From contig DATKBW010000157.1 of assembly GCA_035513575.1 (NCBI GenBank), forward strand, positions 14,831 through 78,830: a stretch of 64,000 nucleotides of DNA, read 5' to 3'. The notes below the pieces were generated by a model that worked only from the letters and a program-made list of their open reading frames with translations, was not told the origin of the DNA and made no database searches. This stretch comes from Longimicrobiales bacterium (GTDB lineage: Bacteria; Gemmatimonadota; Gemmatimonadetes; Longimicrobiales; RSA9). Positions 54,284 to 63,164 of the stretch are shown piece by piece. Every line of letters starts with the position of its first letter. Positions within the stretch are counted from its first letter, which is position 1. The translations under genes and the position numbers were made by a program.

Positions 54284-55356
54284 GGGAGCCCCTCCCTCAC
54301 GCTCTCCGGGAGCGCGGCCAGGAGGGATTTCAGGTCCGCGGCGCGGTCGCGGGGGAGCACGAGCGTCGCGCCGCGGACGCGGACCACGATCAGGTCGGTC
54401 GCACCGAAGACGACGACCGGCTCGCCGGCCTCATCCCACACGACGCAGCCGCGGGAGTCCACGGCGTGGGCCGTGCCCACCGTGACGTTGCCGGCCGCAT
54501 CCGCCGCGCGCGTCCGGGCGACGGCGTCCCAGGTGCCCACGTCGTCCCAGTCGAAGCGGGCCTCGAGGACGCCGACCCGCTCGCTCCGCTCCATGACCCC
54601 ACGGTCGATGGAGAGGGAAGGGGCGGCGTCGAAAAAGCCGCCGATGTCGCCCCTGTCCAGGAGCGGGAGGAGCGCCGAGAGCTCGGGCGCATGATGCCGC
54701 ACCTCCTCCAGCAGGCGCATGGCGCGCCAGATGAAGATGCCGCTGTTCCACAGGTACTCGCCGGAGCGGACGTACTCGGCGGCGGTGTCCGCGTCCGGCT
54801 TCTCGACGAACGTCTCGACGCCATGGGCGCCAGCATCGTCCAGTGGCGCCCCCCGCTTGATGTAGCCGTACCCCGTCTCGGGTCGCGTGGGGCGGATGCC
54901 CAGCGTGAACAGGCGGTCGTGCCGGTCCGCGGCCACGACGGCGGCGGCGACCAGCTCCCGGAACGCGGCCTCGGGGCGGATCACGTGGTCCGCGTGGAGC
55001 GAGACCATGATCGCGTCCGGGTCCCGCGTGGCCAGGGCGTGGGCGGCCCACACCAGGACGGGCGCGGTGCCCCGCGCGCGTGGCTCGACCAGGAAGTGGT
55101 CATCGGCGAGGGCGGGCAGGGCCGCACGGATCGGCGCGACCAGCTCGGCGCCGGTCAGGACCCGAACCCGGTCCAGCGGGATGAGCGGCAGGATGCGTTC
55201 GACGGTGTCGACGATGAGGGGCCGATCGCTGGCCAGGGGGAGGATCTGCTTCGGCCGCTCGCGTGTGGAGACCGGCCAGAACCGCGAGCCAACGCCTCCG
55301 GCCAGGATCACCGCCCAGCTGCGTTCAGCGGGAGAAGAGCTCGTCGATGCGGGCAA
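54280..55356 (-). CDS. manC: mannose-1-phosphate guanylyltransferase (nucleotidyltransferase domain only)
   Basis: AVILAGGVGSRFWPVS...RPKQ, GTAPVLVWAA, ETGYGYIK, FVEKPD, WNSGIFIW. Start uncertain: TTG 55356 overlaps the upstream regulator by 32 nt, and GTG 55311 is the alternative. Confidence 0.85.
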   Translation of the reverse strand: MPASTSSSPAERSWAVILAGGVGSRFWPVSTRERPKQILPLASDRPLIVDTVERILPLIPLDRVRVLTGAELVAPIRAALPALADDHFLVEPRARGTAPVLVWAAHALATRDPDAIMVSLHADHVIRPEAAFRELVAAAVVAADRHDRLFTLGIRPTRPETGYGYIKRGAPLDDAGAHGVETFVEKPDADTAAEYVRSGEYLWNSGIFIWRAMRLLEEVRHHAPELSALLPLLDRGDIGGFFDAAPSLSIDRGVMERSERVGVLEARFDWDDVGTWDAVARTRAADAAGNVTVGTAHAVDSRGCVVWDEAGEPVVVFGATDLIVVRVRGATLVLPRDRAADLKSLLAALPESVREGLP

Positions 55357-55717
55357 GGAGTTTCTTCGGACTGAACGGCTTGGTCAGGAAGTCCGTCGCG
55401 CCGTATTCCGCCGCCATCACGCGGTCCGCTTCCTGCCCCTTGGCCGTGAGCATGATCACGGGCGTGCTGCTCCGGTGGGGCAGCTGGCGCAGCTCGGCCA
55501 GGACATCGAGCCCGCTCGCGTGGGGCATCATGATGTCCAGGAGAACCAGGTCGAACGCCTCGTCGGTGCGGAGCCGCTGGAGAGCCGCCCTGCCGTCATG
55601 GACCAGCTCCACTCGATACGGTCCATCCTCGAGCTTCATCTGGATGATGCGCCCGATGTACGGCTCATCGTCCGCCACCAGCACGGTTCGGCGATCGATT
55701 TCGGTGATGGTAGGCAT
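55325..55717 (-). CDS. single-domain response regulator (CheY-like receiver)
   Basis: VLVADDEP, phospho-acceptor context LVLLDIMMP, VIMLTAKG, FLTKPFSP. 130 aa with no output domain. Confidence 0.9.
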   Translation of the reverse strand: MPTITEIDRRTVLVADDEPYIGRIIQMKLEDGPYRVELVHDGRAALQRLRTDEAFDLVLLDIMMPHASGLDVLAELRQLPHRSSTPVIMLTAKGQEADRVMAAEYGATDFLTKPFSPKKLLARIDELFSR

Positions 55718-55843
55718 CGCCAGGAAGGGTCGAGGTCTCGTGGGTTGGGTGGAGCGGGGTGCCAGAATCGTGCCCCGCTCCGCGCGGACCCTTCACGCCG
55801 GTGCGCGGGTACCGGAGCGGAACATGGCCGCACGTGGGGGAGG

Positions 55844-55900
55844 TGTCAAGCCGGAAACCCGTGCCACGGCTTGACATCGGCTCGATCCGCGCCTTACCGT
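55844..55900. promoter_or_regulatory. back-to-back divergent promoter candidates built on a 10-bp inverted repeat carrying TTGACA on both strands
   Basis: TGTCAAGCCG (55844-55853) and CGGCTTGACA (55867-55876) are perfect reverse complements. Plus strand: TTGACA at 55871-76, 18 nt, TACCGT at 55895-55900, 11 nt before the ATG at 55911. Minus strand: TTGACA at 55849-44, 17 nt, CATGTT at 55826-21. Confidence 0.45.
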
Positions 55901-55910
55901 TCGCGCTCTT

Positions 55911-56525
55911 ATGAAACCACGAATCGTTCGATCCATCAGACGGCTTTTCCTCCTCCTGGCCGGGGTCGCCCCCCTCGCCATGACGGCCTGCGACGACGGC
56001 TTCGAGCCGCTCCTCTGGGGGAACTTCCCGGACACGGTGGAGCTGTATTCGCTGGCCCGCGGCGAGTACGTGGACCGGCCGGGCGCCTACGACCTCCTGG
56101 ACCGGCAGGGCGTGCCGGTGGTGGTCGAGGTGGATTCACGGAGGCGGGGCCCCTTCCAGTTCGATTTCGCGGTCACGGAGGACGAGGCCGGCACCTTCCT
56201 GCTGCTGCCCACCGGCGTCTTCCAGGAGGCAACGGCCCGGCCGGGGCTGATCGCGGACAGCGCGGCGAGCTTCGAGGGCCTGAGCAGGGCGCCGCGCGAC
56301 GGCTACATCACGGAGGAGGCGATCCCGGCGGACACCACTGTCGTCTATGCGGTGCGGAGCCGCCGCGCTCCGAACGGCTGTCTCGTCTACGGCAAGATGG
56401 AAATCCTCGGCATGACCCCGGATGGCATCATGACGATCCGGACGCTGGTGAACCGGAACTGCGGGGACCGCAGCCTGGTGCCGAACGCCCCGGAGGAGGA
56501 CGACGAGGACGCAGGCGAGGGCTGA
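55911..56525 (+). CDS. hypothetical lipoprotein
   Basis: Signal peptide plus lipobox LAMTAC. Acidic C-terminal tail. serS starts 3 nt downstream. Confidence 0.6.
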   Translation: MKPRIVRSIRRLFLLLAGVAPLAMTACDDGFEPLLWGNFPDTVELYSLARGEYVDRPGAYDLLDRQGVPVVVEVDSRRRGPFQFDFAVTEDEAGTFLLLPTGVFQEATARPGLIADSAASFEGLSRAPRDGYITEEAIPADTTVVYAVRSRRAPNGCLVYGKMEILGMTPDGIMTIRTLVNRNCGDRSLVPNAPEEDDEDAGEG

Positions 56526-56527
56526 GG

Positions 56528-57808
56528 GTGCTCGACGTCCGACGCATCCGGGAGGAGCCTGAGGCCGTCCGCGAGCGGATGGCGGTGCGGGGCGATTCCG
56601 GGCTCTCCGCGCTGCTGGACCGCGTCCTCGAGCTGGACGCTTCCAGGCGCGGGCTGGTGGCGGAGGTGGACGAGCAGCGCGCGCGGCGGAACGAGGTGTC
56701 GCCGCGGGTCGCCGAGCTGAAGCGCGCGGGCCGGGCGGACGAGGCCGAGGCGGTGATCCGGGAGATGCGGGATCTCGGCGATCGGCTGTCGGCGGTGGAG
56801 TCCAGGCTCGCGGACGTGGAAGGGGAGCTCGAGCGGACGCTGCTGGAGATCCCCAACACGCCGGCGTCCGATGTTCCGCCCGGCGGCGAGGGCGACAGCC
56901 CCGTGCTGCGGGAGTGGGGGGAAGCCCCCGAGGCGTCGTTCGAGCGGCGGGCCCACTGGGAGCTGGGCGAGTCGCTGGGCATCCTGGACCTGCCGCGCGG
57001 CGCGCGGATCGCAGGGAGCGGCTTCCCCGTCTATGTGGGCGCGGGGGCGCGGCTGGAGCGGGCGCTGATCAACTTCATGGTCGACCTCCACACGGACGCC
57101 CACGGATATACGGAGATCTGGCCGCCGCTGCTGGTGAACCGGGACGCGGCCCGGGGGACCGGCCACCTGCCGAAGTTCGCGGATGAGATGTACCATGCGG
57201 CCGAGGACGACCTCTTCCTCGTGCCCACGGCGGAGCTGCCGCTGACGAACCTGCACGCCGGGGAGATCCTGGGACCGGCCGATGTGCCGCGCCGGTACGC
57301 GGCGTACACGCCGTGCTTCCGCCGCGAGGCCGGCGCCCATGGCAAGGACACGCGGGGTCTGCTGCGGCTCCACCAGTTCGACAAGGTGGAGATGATGCGG
57401 TTCGAGCGGCCGGACGCGAGCGAGGAAGCCCTCGAGGAGCTGACCGGGCACGCGGAGGTCGTCCTGAGGGCGCTGGGTCTGCGCTACCGCGTCCTCCTGC
57501 TGGCGGGCGGGGACCTGGGCTTCGCCAATGCGAAGACCTATGATCTCGAAGCGTGGGCGCCGGCGGTGGGCCGGTGGCTCGAGGTCTCCAGCTGCTCCAG
57601 CTACACGGACTACCAGGCGCGGCGCGCGAACGTGCGGTTCCGCCCCGAGGCCGGTGCGAAGCCGGAGTACGTGCACACGCTGAACGGGTCCGGCCTCGGC
57701 ATCGCCCGGACCCTGGTGGCCCTGCTGGAGACGTACCAGGAGGCGGATGGGAGCGTTCGCGTTCCCGACGTCCTGGTCGAGTACGTCGGGAAAGACCGGA
57801 TCGCGTGA
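56528..57808 (+). CDS. serS: serine--tRNA ligase
   Basis: N-terminal coiled-coil arm (VLDVRRIREEPEAVRE...), class II motifs (YAAYTPCFRREAGAHGKDTRGLLRLHQF, TLNGSGLGIARTLVALLE). GTG start at 56528. Confidence 0.95.
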   Translation: MLDVRRIREEPEAVRERMAVRGDSGLSALLDRVLELDASRRGLVAEVDEQRARRNEVSPRVAELKRAGRADEAEAVIREMRDLGDRLSAVESRLADVEGELERTLLEIPNTPASDVPPGGEGDSPVLREWGEAPEASFERRAHWELGESLGILDLPRGARIAGSGFPVYVGAGARLERALINFMVDLHTDAHGYTEIWPPLLVNRDAARGTGHLPKFADEMYHAAEDDLFLVPTAELPLTNLHAGEILGPADVPRRYAAYTPCFRREAGAHGKDTRGLLRLHQFDKVEMMRFERPDASEEALEELTGHAEVVLRALGLRYRVLLLAGGDLGFANAKTYDLEAWAPAVGRWLEVSSCSSYTDYQARRANVRFRPEAGAKPEYVHTLNGSGLGIARTLVALLETYQEADGSVRVPDVLVEYVGKDRIA

Positions 57809-57865
57809 GGGCGGGCGCACCCGCGCCGCTGCCCCCGCAGACCGTCCCGAAGAGGGGAACGGCAG

Positions 57866-59083
57866 ATGAACACCCGTCACTGGCCGGTGGTGCTGGCGCT
57901 GCTGGCCATCGCGGTCCTCGGCTCCTACCTGCTCTACACGGAGCAGCTCGTCCGGGAGTTCCGGATCGAGTCGGAAGTCCACAAGCGGATGTACGCCATC
58001 GTCCAGCAGGGGCTCCTGTCGACGGAGCCGGGCGCCGAGCTGGAGGCGCTGACGGACCTACAGACGGAGCTGACGCACCTCGGCGTGCCCATGGTCGTGT
58101 TGAACTCGGAGGGGGTTCCCTACGCCGTGGAGAACCTGCCGTTCGATGCCAACCTGTCCGAGCCTCTGGACCGGGCCCGCGTGCTGGCGTTCGCGGCCGA
58201 GCTGGACCGGCGCAATCCGCCCATCGTCGAGAGCCGTCTCGGCTCCATCCACTTCGGGTCCCCCCCCGTGATCGGGCGGCTCCGGTGGGCGGCGACGCTC
58301 CAGGTCGGCGGCGCGATCCTGCTGCTGTTCGTGGGCTTCGTGGTGGTGCGCGGCGCGCTGCGCGCGGAGCGGGAGCGGCTGTGGAGCGCGATGGCCCGTG
58401 AGCTGGCGCACCAGATGGGCACACCGCTGACCTCCCTCAAGGGGTGGCACGAGGTGCTGCGGCTCGCGCCCGAGGAGCGGGCGCGGATGGCGTCCGATGC
58501 CCGGATCGCGCGGGAGGTCGGCGCGGACATCGACCGGCTCGAGCGGGTGTCGCGGCGCTTCGAGCTGATCGGGAAGCCGCCGGGTCTCGCGCCGGTGAAG
58601 GCGGAGGCGGTCCTGCGGGAGCTGGAGGCCTACCTGCGGCCGCGGCTGCCGAAGGCGGGGCCGGCGGTCGTGCTGATGGTCCGCGTGGCCCCGCGGCTGC
58701 CGGCGCTCGAAGCCAACCAGGTGCTGCTGGTCTGGGCGCTGGAGAACCTGGTCAAGAACGCGCTGGACGCCCTGGCGGGGCGCGGGGGCCGGATCCGCCT
58801 CGCCGCGACCCGGGGCCCCGGCGCCGTGCGCTTCGTGGTGGCGGACGACGGGCCGGGGATCGACCCGGAGATCCGCGACACGCTGTTCGAGCCCGGTGTC
58901 ACGACCAAGCCGGGCGGCTGGGGGGTGGGGCTGTCGCTGGCGCGGCGCATCATCGAGGATGTCCACGACGGCAAGCTGCGCAGCGGCAACCGGGCGGCGG
59001 GCGGGGCCCGCTTCGACGTGCGGATCCCGGTGGCGGGGCCCAGGCGGAAGCTGGGGAAGAGGCGAGACAGGCGGGAGGGATGA
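57866..59083 (+). CDS. sensor histidine kinase (two TM helices, HisKA + HATPase_c)
   Basis: TM helices WPVVLALLAIAVLGSYLL and GGAILLLFVGFVVV. H-box MARELAHQMGTPLTSLKGW. N/G boxes LENLVKNALDA, DDGPGI, GWGVGLSLARRI. Confidence 0.88.
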   Translation: MNTRHWPVVLALLAIAVLGSYLLYTEQLVREFRIESEVHKRMYAIVQQGLLSTEPGAELEALTDLQTELTHLGVPMVVLNSEGVPYAVENLPFDANLSEPLDRARVLAFAAELDRRNPPIVESRLGSIHFGSPPVIGRLRWAATLQVGGAILLLFVGFVVVRGALRAERERLWSAMARELAHQMGTPLTSLKGWHEVLRLAPEERARMASDARIAREVGADIDRLERVSRRFELIGKPPGLAPVKAEAVLRELEAYLRPRLPKAGPAVVLMVRVAPRLPALEANQVLLVWALENLVKNALDALAGRGGRIRLAATRGPGAVRFVVADDGPGIDPEIRDTLFEPGVTTKPGGWGVGLSLARRIIEDVHDGKLRSGNRAAGGARFDVRIPVAGPRRKLGKRRDRREG

Positions 59084-59084
59084 C

Positions 59085-61379
59085 GTGACGGAGTGGCTGG
59101 ACTCGCTCAATCCCGAGCAGCGGGAAGCGGTGGTGCATTTCGAGGGGCCTCTCCTGGTCCTGGCCGGGGCGGGGAGTGGGAAGACGCGGGTGCTGACCAC
59201 GCGGATCGTGCACCTGATCCACGAGCACGGCGTGGACGCCCGGTCGATCCTGGCGGTGACGTTCACGAACAAGGCCGCCGCGGAGATGCGCGCCCGCGTG
59301 CGGCGGCTCCTGGGGCAGGAGCCGGCCGGGATGTGGATCGGCACGTTCCACTCCATCGGCGCGCGGCTGCTGCGGCGCCACGCGGAGCCGCTGGGGTGGT
59401 CGCCCAGCTTCACGATCTACGACGGGGACAACTCCCTGGCGGAGGTCAAGCGCACGATGGACCGGCTGAAGATCAGCCAGAAGCAGTGGCACCCGAAGGC
59501 GATGCGGGCGGCGATCTCCGACGCGAAGAACCGCCTGATCGACGAGGCGGAATACGACCGGCTGGCGGCGGACGCGTTCTCGCGCGCGGTGGCCCGGGTC
59601 TATCCGGCGTACCAGGCGGCGCTGAAGGAACAGAACGCGTTCGACTTCGACGACCTCCTCGTGAAGCCGGTGGAGCTCTTCCGCGACGTCCCCGCCCTGC
59701 TGGACCGCTACCGCCGACGCTTCTCATTCCTCCTGGTGGACGAGTACCAGGACACGAACCACGCCCAGTACCGGCTGATCGAGATGCTGAGCGGCCCGGA
59801 GGCCACCGTGGCCGGCGCCAATCTCATGGTCGTCGGGGATGACGATCAGTCCATCTACGGCTGGCGGGGCGCGGACGTGAGCAACATCCTCGACTTCGAG
59901 TCCCGCTTCCCCGGTACGCGGCTGATCCGCCTGGAGCGGAACTACCGCTCGACGCAGCGGATCCTGGACGCGGCCAACCGGGTGATCGCCGTCAACATCC
60001 GCCGCAAGGGCAAGACGCTGCGGACCGACGCGGAGGAGGGGGAACGCCTCACGATCCTCGAGGCCGCGGACGAGCGGGACGAAGCGGAGTGGATCGCCTC
60101 GGAGATCGAGCGCCGCAGCGGGGAGGACGGCGCGCTGTCGCCGCGCGACTTCGTGATCCTCTACCGCACGAACGCCCAGTCGCGTGAGCTCGAGCGGTCG
60201 CTGGTGGAGCGAAGCCTCCCCTACCGGATCGTCGGCGGGACGCGGTTCTACGAGCGCCGCGAGATCATGGACGTGCTGGCCTACCTGCGCCTGATCTCGA
60301 ATCCGCGGGACGCGCAGGCGTTCGAGCGGATCGTGAACTATCCGCGCCGGGGGATCGGACAGGTCAGCCTGACGCGCCTGCTGGACTGGGCGCGCGACCA
60401 GGGGCTCGCACCGCTGGAGGCGGCGGCCCGGGCGGGGGAGGCCGGCGGCGTCCCGACGGCGGCAGCCGCCGCGCTGGAGCGCTTCGCGGCCACCATCGCG
60501 GCGTTCCGGCGCCGGTCGGAGGTGCAGGGCGCGGGGGAGCTGGCCGAACAGCTCGTGGCGGACATGGGGATCTTCGTCGCCCTCGCGGAGGAAGGGCCCG
60601 AAGGGGAGGATCGCGCGGCGAACGTGCGCGAGCTGATCGCGGGTGCCTACGAGTTCGACGAGCGGCTGCCGACGCTCCGCGAGGTGCACGAGCTGCCGGA
60701 GGACGCGCCGTCGCTGGACCTGTTCCTCCAGGAGGTCTCGCTGATCACGGACGTCGACCGCCACGATCCCGATGCGAACGCCGTGACCCTGATGACGCTC
60801 CACACGGCCAAGGGGCTGGAGTTCCCGGTCGTGTTCATCAGCGGGCTGGAGGAGGGGCTCTTCCCGCTCGCCCGCAGCTTCGACGAGCCGGCGGAGCTGG
60901 AGGAGGAGCGGCGGCTGTTCTACGTGGGGATCACCCGGGCGGAGCGGAAAGTGTACCTGACGCACTCCAGGACGCGGCGGCGGATGGGGGAGGTGAAGGT
61001 GGGGATTCCGTCCAGCTTCATGGAGCCCCTCGGTTCGGGGCTGGCGGACCCGGTGCGGACGCCGCAGGTGGAGCGGCAGCGCCGGCAGTACGAGGGCTGG
61101 CGGGACCGGCGTCCGGCAGCGGGGCGGCGCACCGTCCGCCGCGGCGGCTATGCGGAGGTGGAGGGCGCCGACCCCGGCGGCTACGTCATCGATTACAGCG
61201 ACAGCCAGGACGCGCCGCGGTTCATCAAGGGCGAGGTGGTGCGCCACCCGCAGTTCGGGCGCGGGACCATCCGGGAGCTTTCCGGCCTCGGCCCGGACCT
61301 GAAGGCGGTCATCGACTTCGACGGCGTCGGCCGCAAGAAGGTCGTGGTGCGGTACGCCAACCTCCAGAAGGAGCCGTGA
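59085..61379 (+). CDS. ATP-dependent DNA helicase, UvrD/PcrA family
   Basis: LNPEQREAV, Walker A LAGAGSGKT, TFTNKAAAEM, LLVDEYQDTN, VVGDDDQSIYGWRGA, NYRST, TLHTAKGLEFPVVF, YVGITRAE. GTG start at 59085. Confidence 0.93.
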   Translation: MTEWLDSLNPEQREAVVHFEGPLLVLAGAGSGKTRVLTTRIVHLIHEHGVDARSILAVTFTNKAAAEMRARVRRLLGQEPAGMWIGTFHSIGARLLRRHAEPLGWSPSFTIYDGDNSLAEVKRTMDRLKISQKQWHPKAMRAAISDAKNRLIDEAEYDRLAADAFSRAVARVYPAYQAALKEQNAFDFDDLLVKPVELFRDVPALLDRYRRRFSFLLVDEYQDTNHAQYRLIEMLSGPEATVAGANLMVVGDDDQSIYGWRGADVSNILDFESRFPGTRLIRLERNYRSTQRILDAANRVIAVNIRRKGKTLRTDAEEGERLTILEAADERDEAEWIASEIERRSGEDGALSPRDFVILYRTNAQSRELERSLVERSLPYRIVGGTRFYERREIMDVLAYLRLISNPRDAQAFERIVNYPRRGIGQVSLTRLLDWARDQGLAPLEAAARAGEAGGVPTAAAAALERFAATIAAFRRRSEVQGAGELAEQLVADMGIFVALAEEGPEGEDRAANVRELIAGAYEFDERLPTLREVHELPEDAPSLDLFLQEVSLITDVDRHDPDANAVTLMTLHTAKGLEFPVVFISGLEEGLFPLARSFDEPAELEEERRLFYVGITRAERKVYLTHSRTRRRMGEVKVGIPSSFMEPLGSGLADPVRTPQVERQRRQYEGWRDRRPAAGRRTVRRGGYAEVEGADPGGYVIDYSDSQDAPRFIKGEVVRHPQFGRGTIRELSGLGPDLKAVIDFDGVGRKKVVVRYANLQKEP

Positions 61380-61380
61380 C

Positions 61381-61707
61381 GTGCCGCTGAAGCCGGAGGA
61401 GCTCCGCCGGGCGGCGGCGCTGGCCCGGATCGACCTGACGGACGTGGAGGTCACCACCCTCACCGCCCAGCTCGGTGATGTCCTCGAGCGGGTGGAGCGC
61501 CTGGAAGGGGGCGACGACGCGCCACCCGACGGTGCCGCGCCGCCCGCCGGCAGGGGCGACGGCGCGGTGCGCGGCGACCGGCCGGGCGCGGACGCGCTCG
61601 CGCTGGGGCTGGAGGCGATCGCGCCCGGCTGGACGGACGGCTTCTTCACGGTCCCGCGGCTCCCATCTCACCAGGAGGGCGCCCCCGCCCGCGAGGAGGC
61701 GCCCTGA
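61381..61707 (+). CDS. gatC: Asp-tRNA(Asn)/Glu-tRNA(Gln) amidotransferase subunit C
   Basis: LRRAAALARIDLTDVEVTTLTAQLGDVLERVERLE is the GatC pattern. Immediately upstream of gatA. Confidence 0.85.
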   Translation: MPLKPEELRRAAALARIDLTDVEVTTLTAQLGDVLERVERLEGGDDAPPDGAAPPAGRGDGAVRGDRPGADALALGLEAIAPGWTDGFFTVPRLPSHQEGAPAREEAP

Positions 61708-61721
61708 CCCGGGGCCCGGGC

Positions 61722-63164
61722 GTGAAGGAGACCGCGTCCGCGGTGGCCGCCGGGGAGGATTCGGCCGCGGCCGCGGCGCGCGCGGTCAGCGGCGCGGTGG
61801 CCGCGCGGGATGGCGGTCCCGCCGGCGTCCACGCGTTCCTCTCCCACGACCCGGGTCTGCTCCTCGCCCGGGCGGAGGCGCTGGACGAGGAGCTCGCGCG
61901 GCACCGCCGGGAGGAACGCGCGGCGCCGCCCCTGTCGGGAGTGGCCGTGGCGGTGAAGGACAATCTCTGCACGCTGGACCACCCGACGACCTGCGGCTCC
62001 AGGATCCTGGAAGGGTACCGCTCGCCCTTCGAGGCCAGCGTCGTGCGGCGGCTGCGGGCGGCGGGGGCGTTGATCGCGGGGAAGACGAACATGGACGAGT
62101 TCGGGATGGGCTCGTCCACGGAGAACTCGGCGTTCGGGCCGACGCGGAACCCGCACGATCCGACGCGGGTCCCCGGCGGGTCCTCGGGCGGTTCGGCCGC
62201 GGCGGTGGCGGCCGGAATGGTCCATGGCGCCCTCGGCTCGGACACGGCCGGGTCCGTGCGGCAGCCGGCGGCGCTCTGCGGCGTGGTAGGGCTGAAGCCG
62301 ACGTACGGCCGCGTGAGCCGGTACGGGCTGGTGGCGTTCGCGTCCTCGCTGGACCAGGTGGGGACCCTGGGTCGAACCGTGGAGGACGCGGCGCTCCTCC
62401 TCGAAGCCATCGCGGGCCCGGACCCGCTGGACGCCACCTGCGCCGCCCGGCCCGCTCCCTCGCTGCTGCCGGAGCTCGACCGGGGAGTGAGCGGGCTGGT
62501 GATCGGGATCCCCCGGGAGTACTTCCCCGACACGCTCCATCCCGGAATGCGGAGCAGCGCGGAGGCCGCCATCCAGGCGCTGGGCGCCGCGGGCGCGGAG
62601 ATCCGTGGCGTATCGCTGCCCAGCACGCTGGACGCCATTCCCACCTATTACGTGATCGGGCCGGCCGAGGCGTCGAGCAATCTGGCGCGGTTCGACGGGA
62701 TCCGGTACGGGCGCCGGGTCGATGCGCCGGAGACCGAAGCCATGATCCGCGCGACGCGTACGCGCGGGTTCGGTGCGGAGGTGAAGCGGCGGATCCTGCT
62801 GGGGACCCACGTGCTCTCGTCAGGCCGGTATGAGCGGTATTACGGCCGTGCGCAGCGGGTTCGCGCGCGCATCGCGGCCGAGCTCGCCGCGGTGTTCGAC
62901 GACGGCGTGGACCTCCTTTTCACTCCCACGACACCCGCCCCGGCCTTCCCCTTCGGAGAGGGCGTCGACGACCCGTACCGGATGTACCTGGCGGACGTCT
63001 TCACCGTGCCCGCGAACCTGGCGGGGGTTCCCGCCATCAGCGTGCCCATCGGCACCAGCGGGGGCCTTCCCCTCGGCGGGCAGCTCCTGGCGCCCTGGTG
63101 GGGCGAGGGCGTGTTGGTCCGCGGCGCGGCGGCGCTCGAGCGCGCCCTCGGAGACCGGCGGTGA
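61722..63164 (+). CDS. gatA: Asp-tRNA(Asn)/Glu-tRNA(Gln) amidotransferase subunit A
   Basis: VAVKDNLCT, GKTNMDEFGMGSSTENS, amidase signature GGSSGGSAAAVA, GSDTAGSVRQPAA. Confidence 0.95.
   Translation: MKETASAVAAGEDSAAAAARAVSGAVAARDGGPAGVHAFLSHDPGLLLARAEALDEELARHRREERAAPPLSGVAVAVKDNLCTLDHPTTCGSRILEGYRSPFEASVVRRLRAAGALIAGKTNMDEFGMGSSTENSAFGPTRNPHDPTRVPGGSSGGSAAAVAAGMVHGALGSDTAGSVRQPAALCGVVGLKPTYGRVSRYGLVAFASSLDQVGTLGRTVEDAALLLEAIAGPDPLDATCAARPAPSLLPELDRGVSGLVIGIPREYFPDTLHPGMRSSAEAAIQALGAAGAEIRGVSLPSTLDAIPTYYVIGPAEASSNLARFDGIRYGRRVDAPETEAMIRATRTRGFGAEVKRRILLGTHVLSSGRYERYYGRAQRVRARIAAELAAVFDDGVDLLFTPTTPAPAFPFGEGVDDPYRMYLADVFTVPANLAGVPAISVPIGTSGGLPLGGQLLAPWWGEGVLVRGAAALERALGDRR

Noticed and set aside
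55862-55867. TGGCAC on the minus strand (plus-strand GTGCCA at 55862-55867) in the divergent region near the receiver gene, as a possible sigma-54 -24 element.
   Set aside because: The sequence at the required -12 position reads TCCG rather than TTGC. The hexamer lies in the spacer of the 10-bp inverted repeat, which explains the region better.
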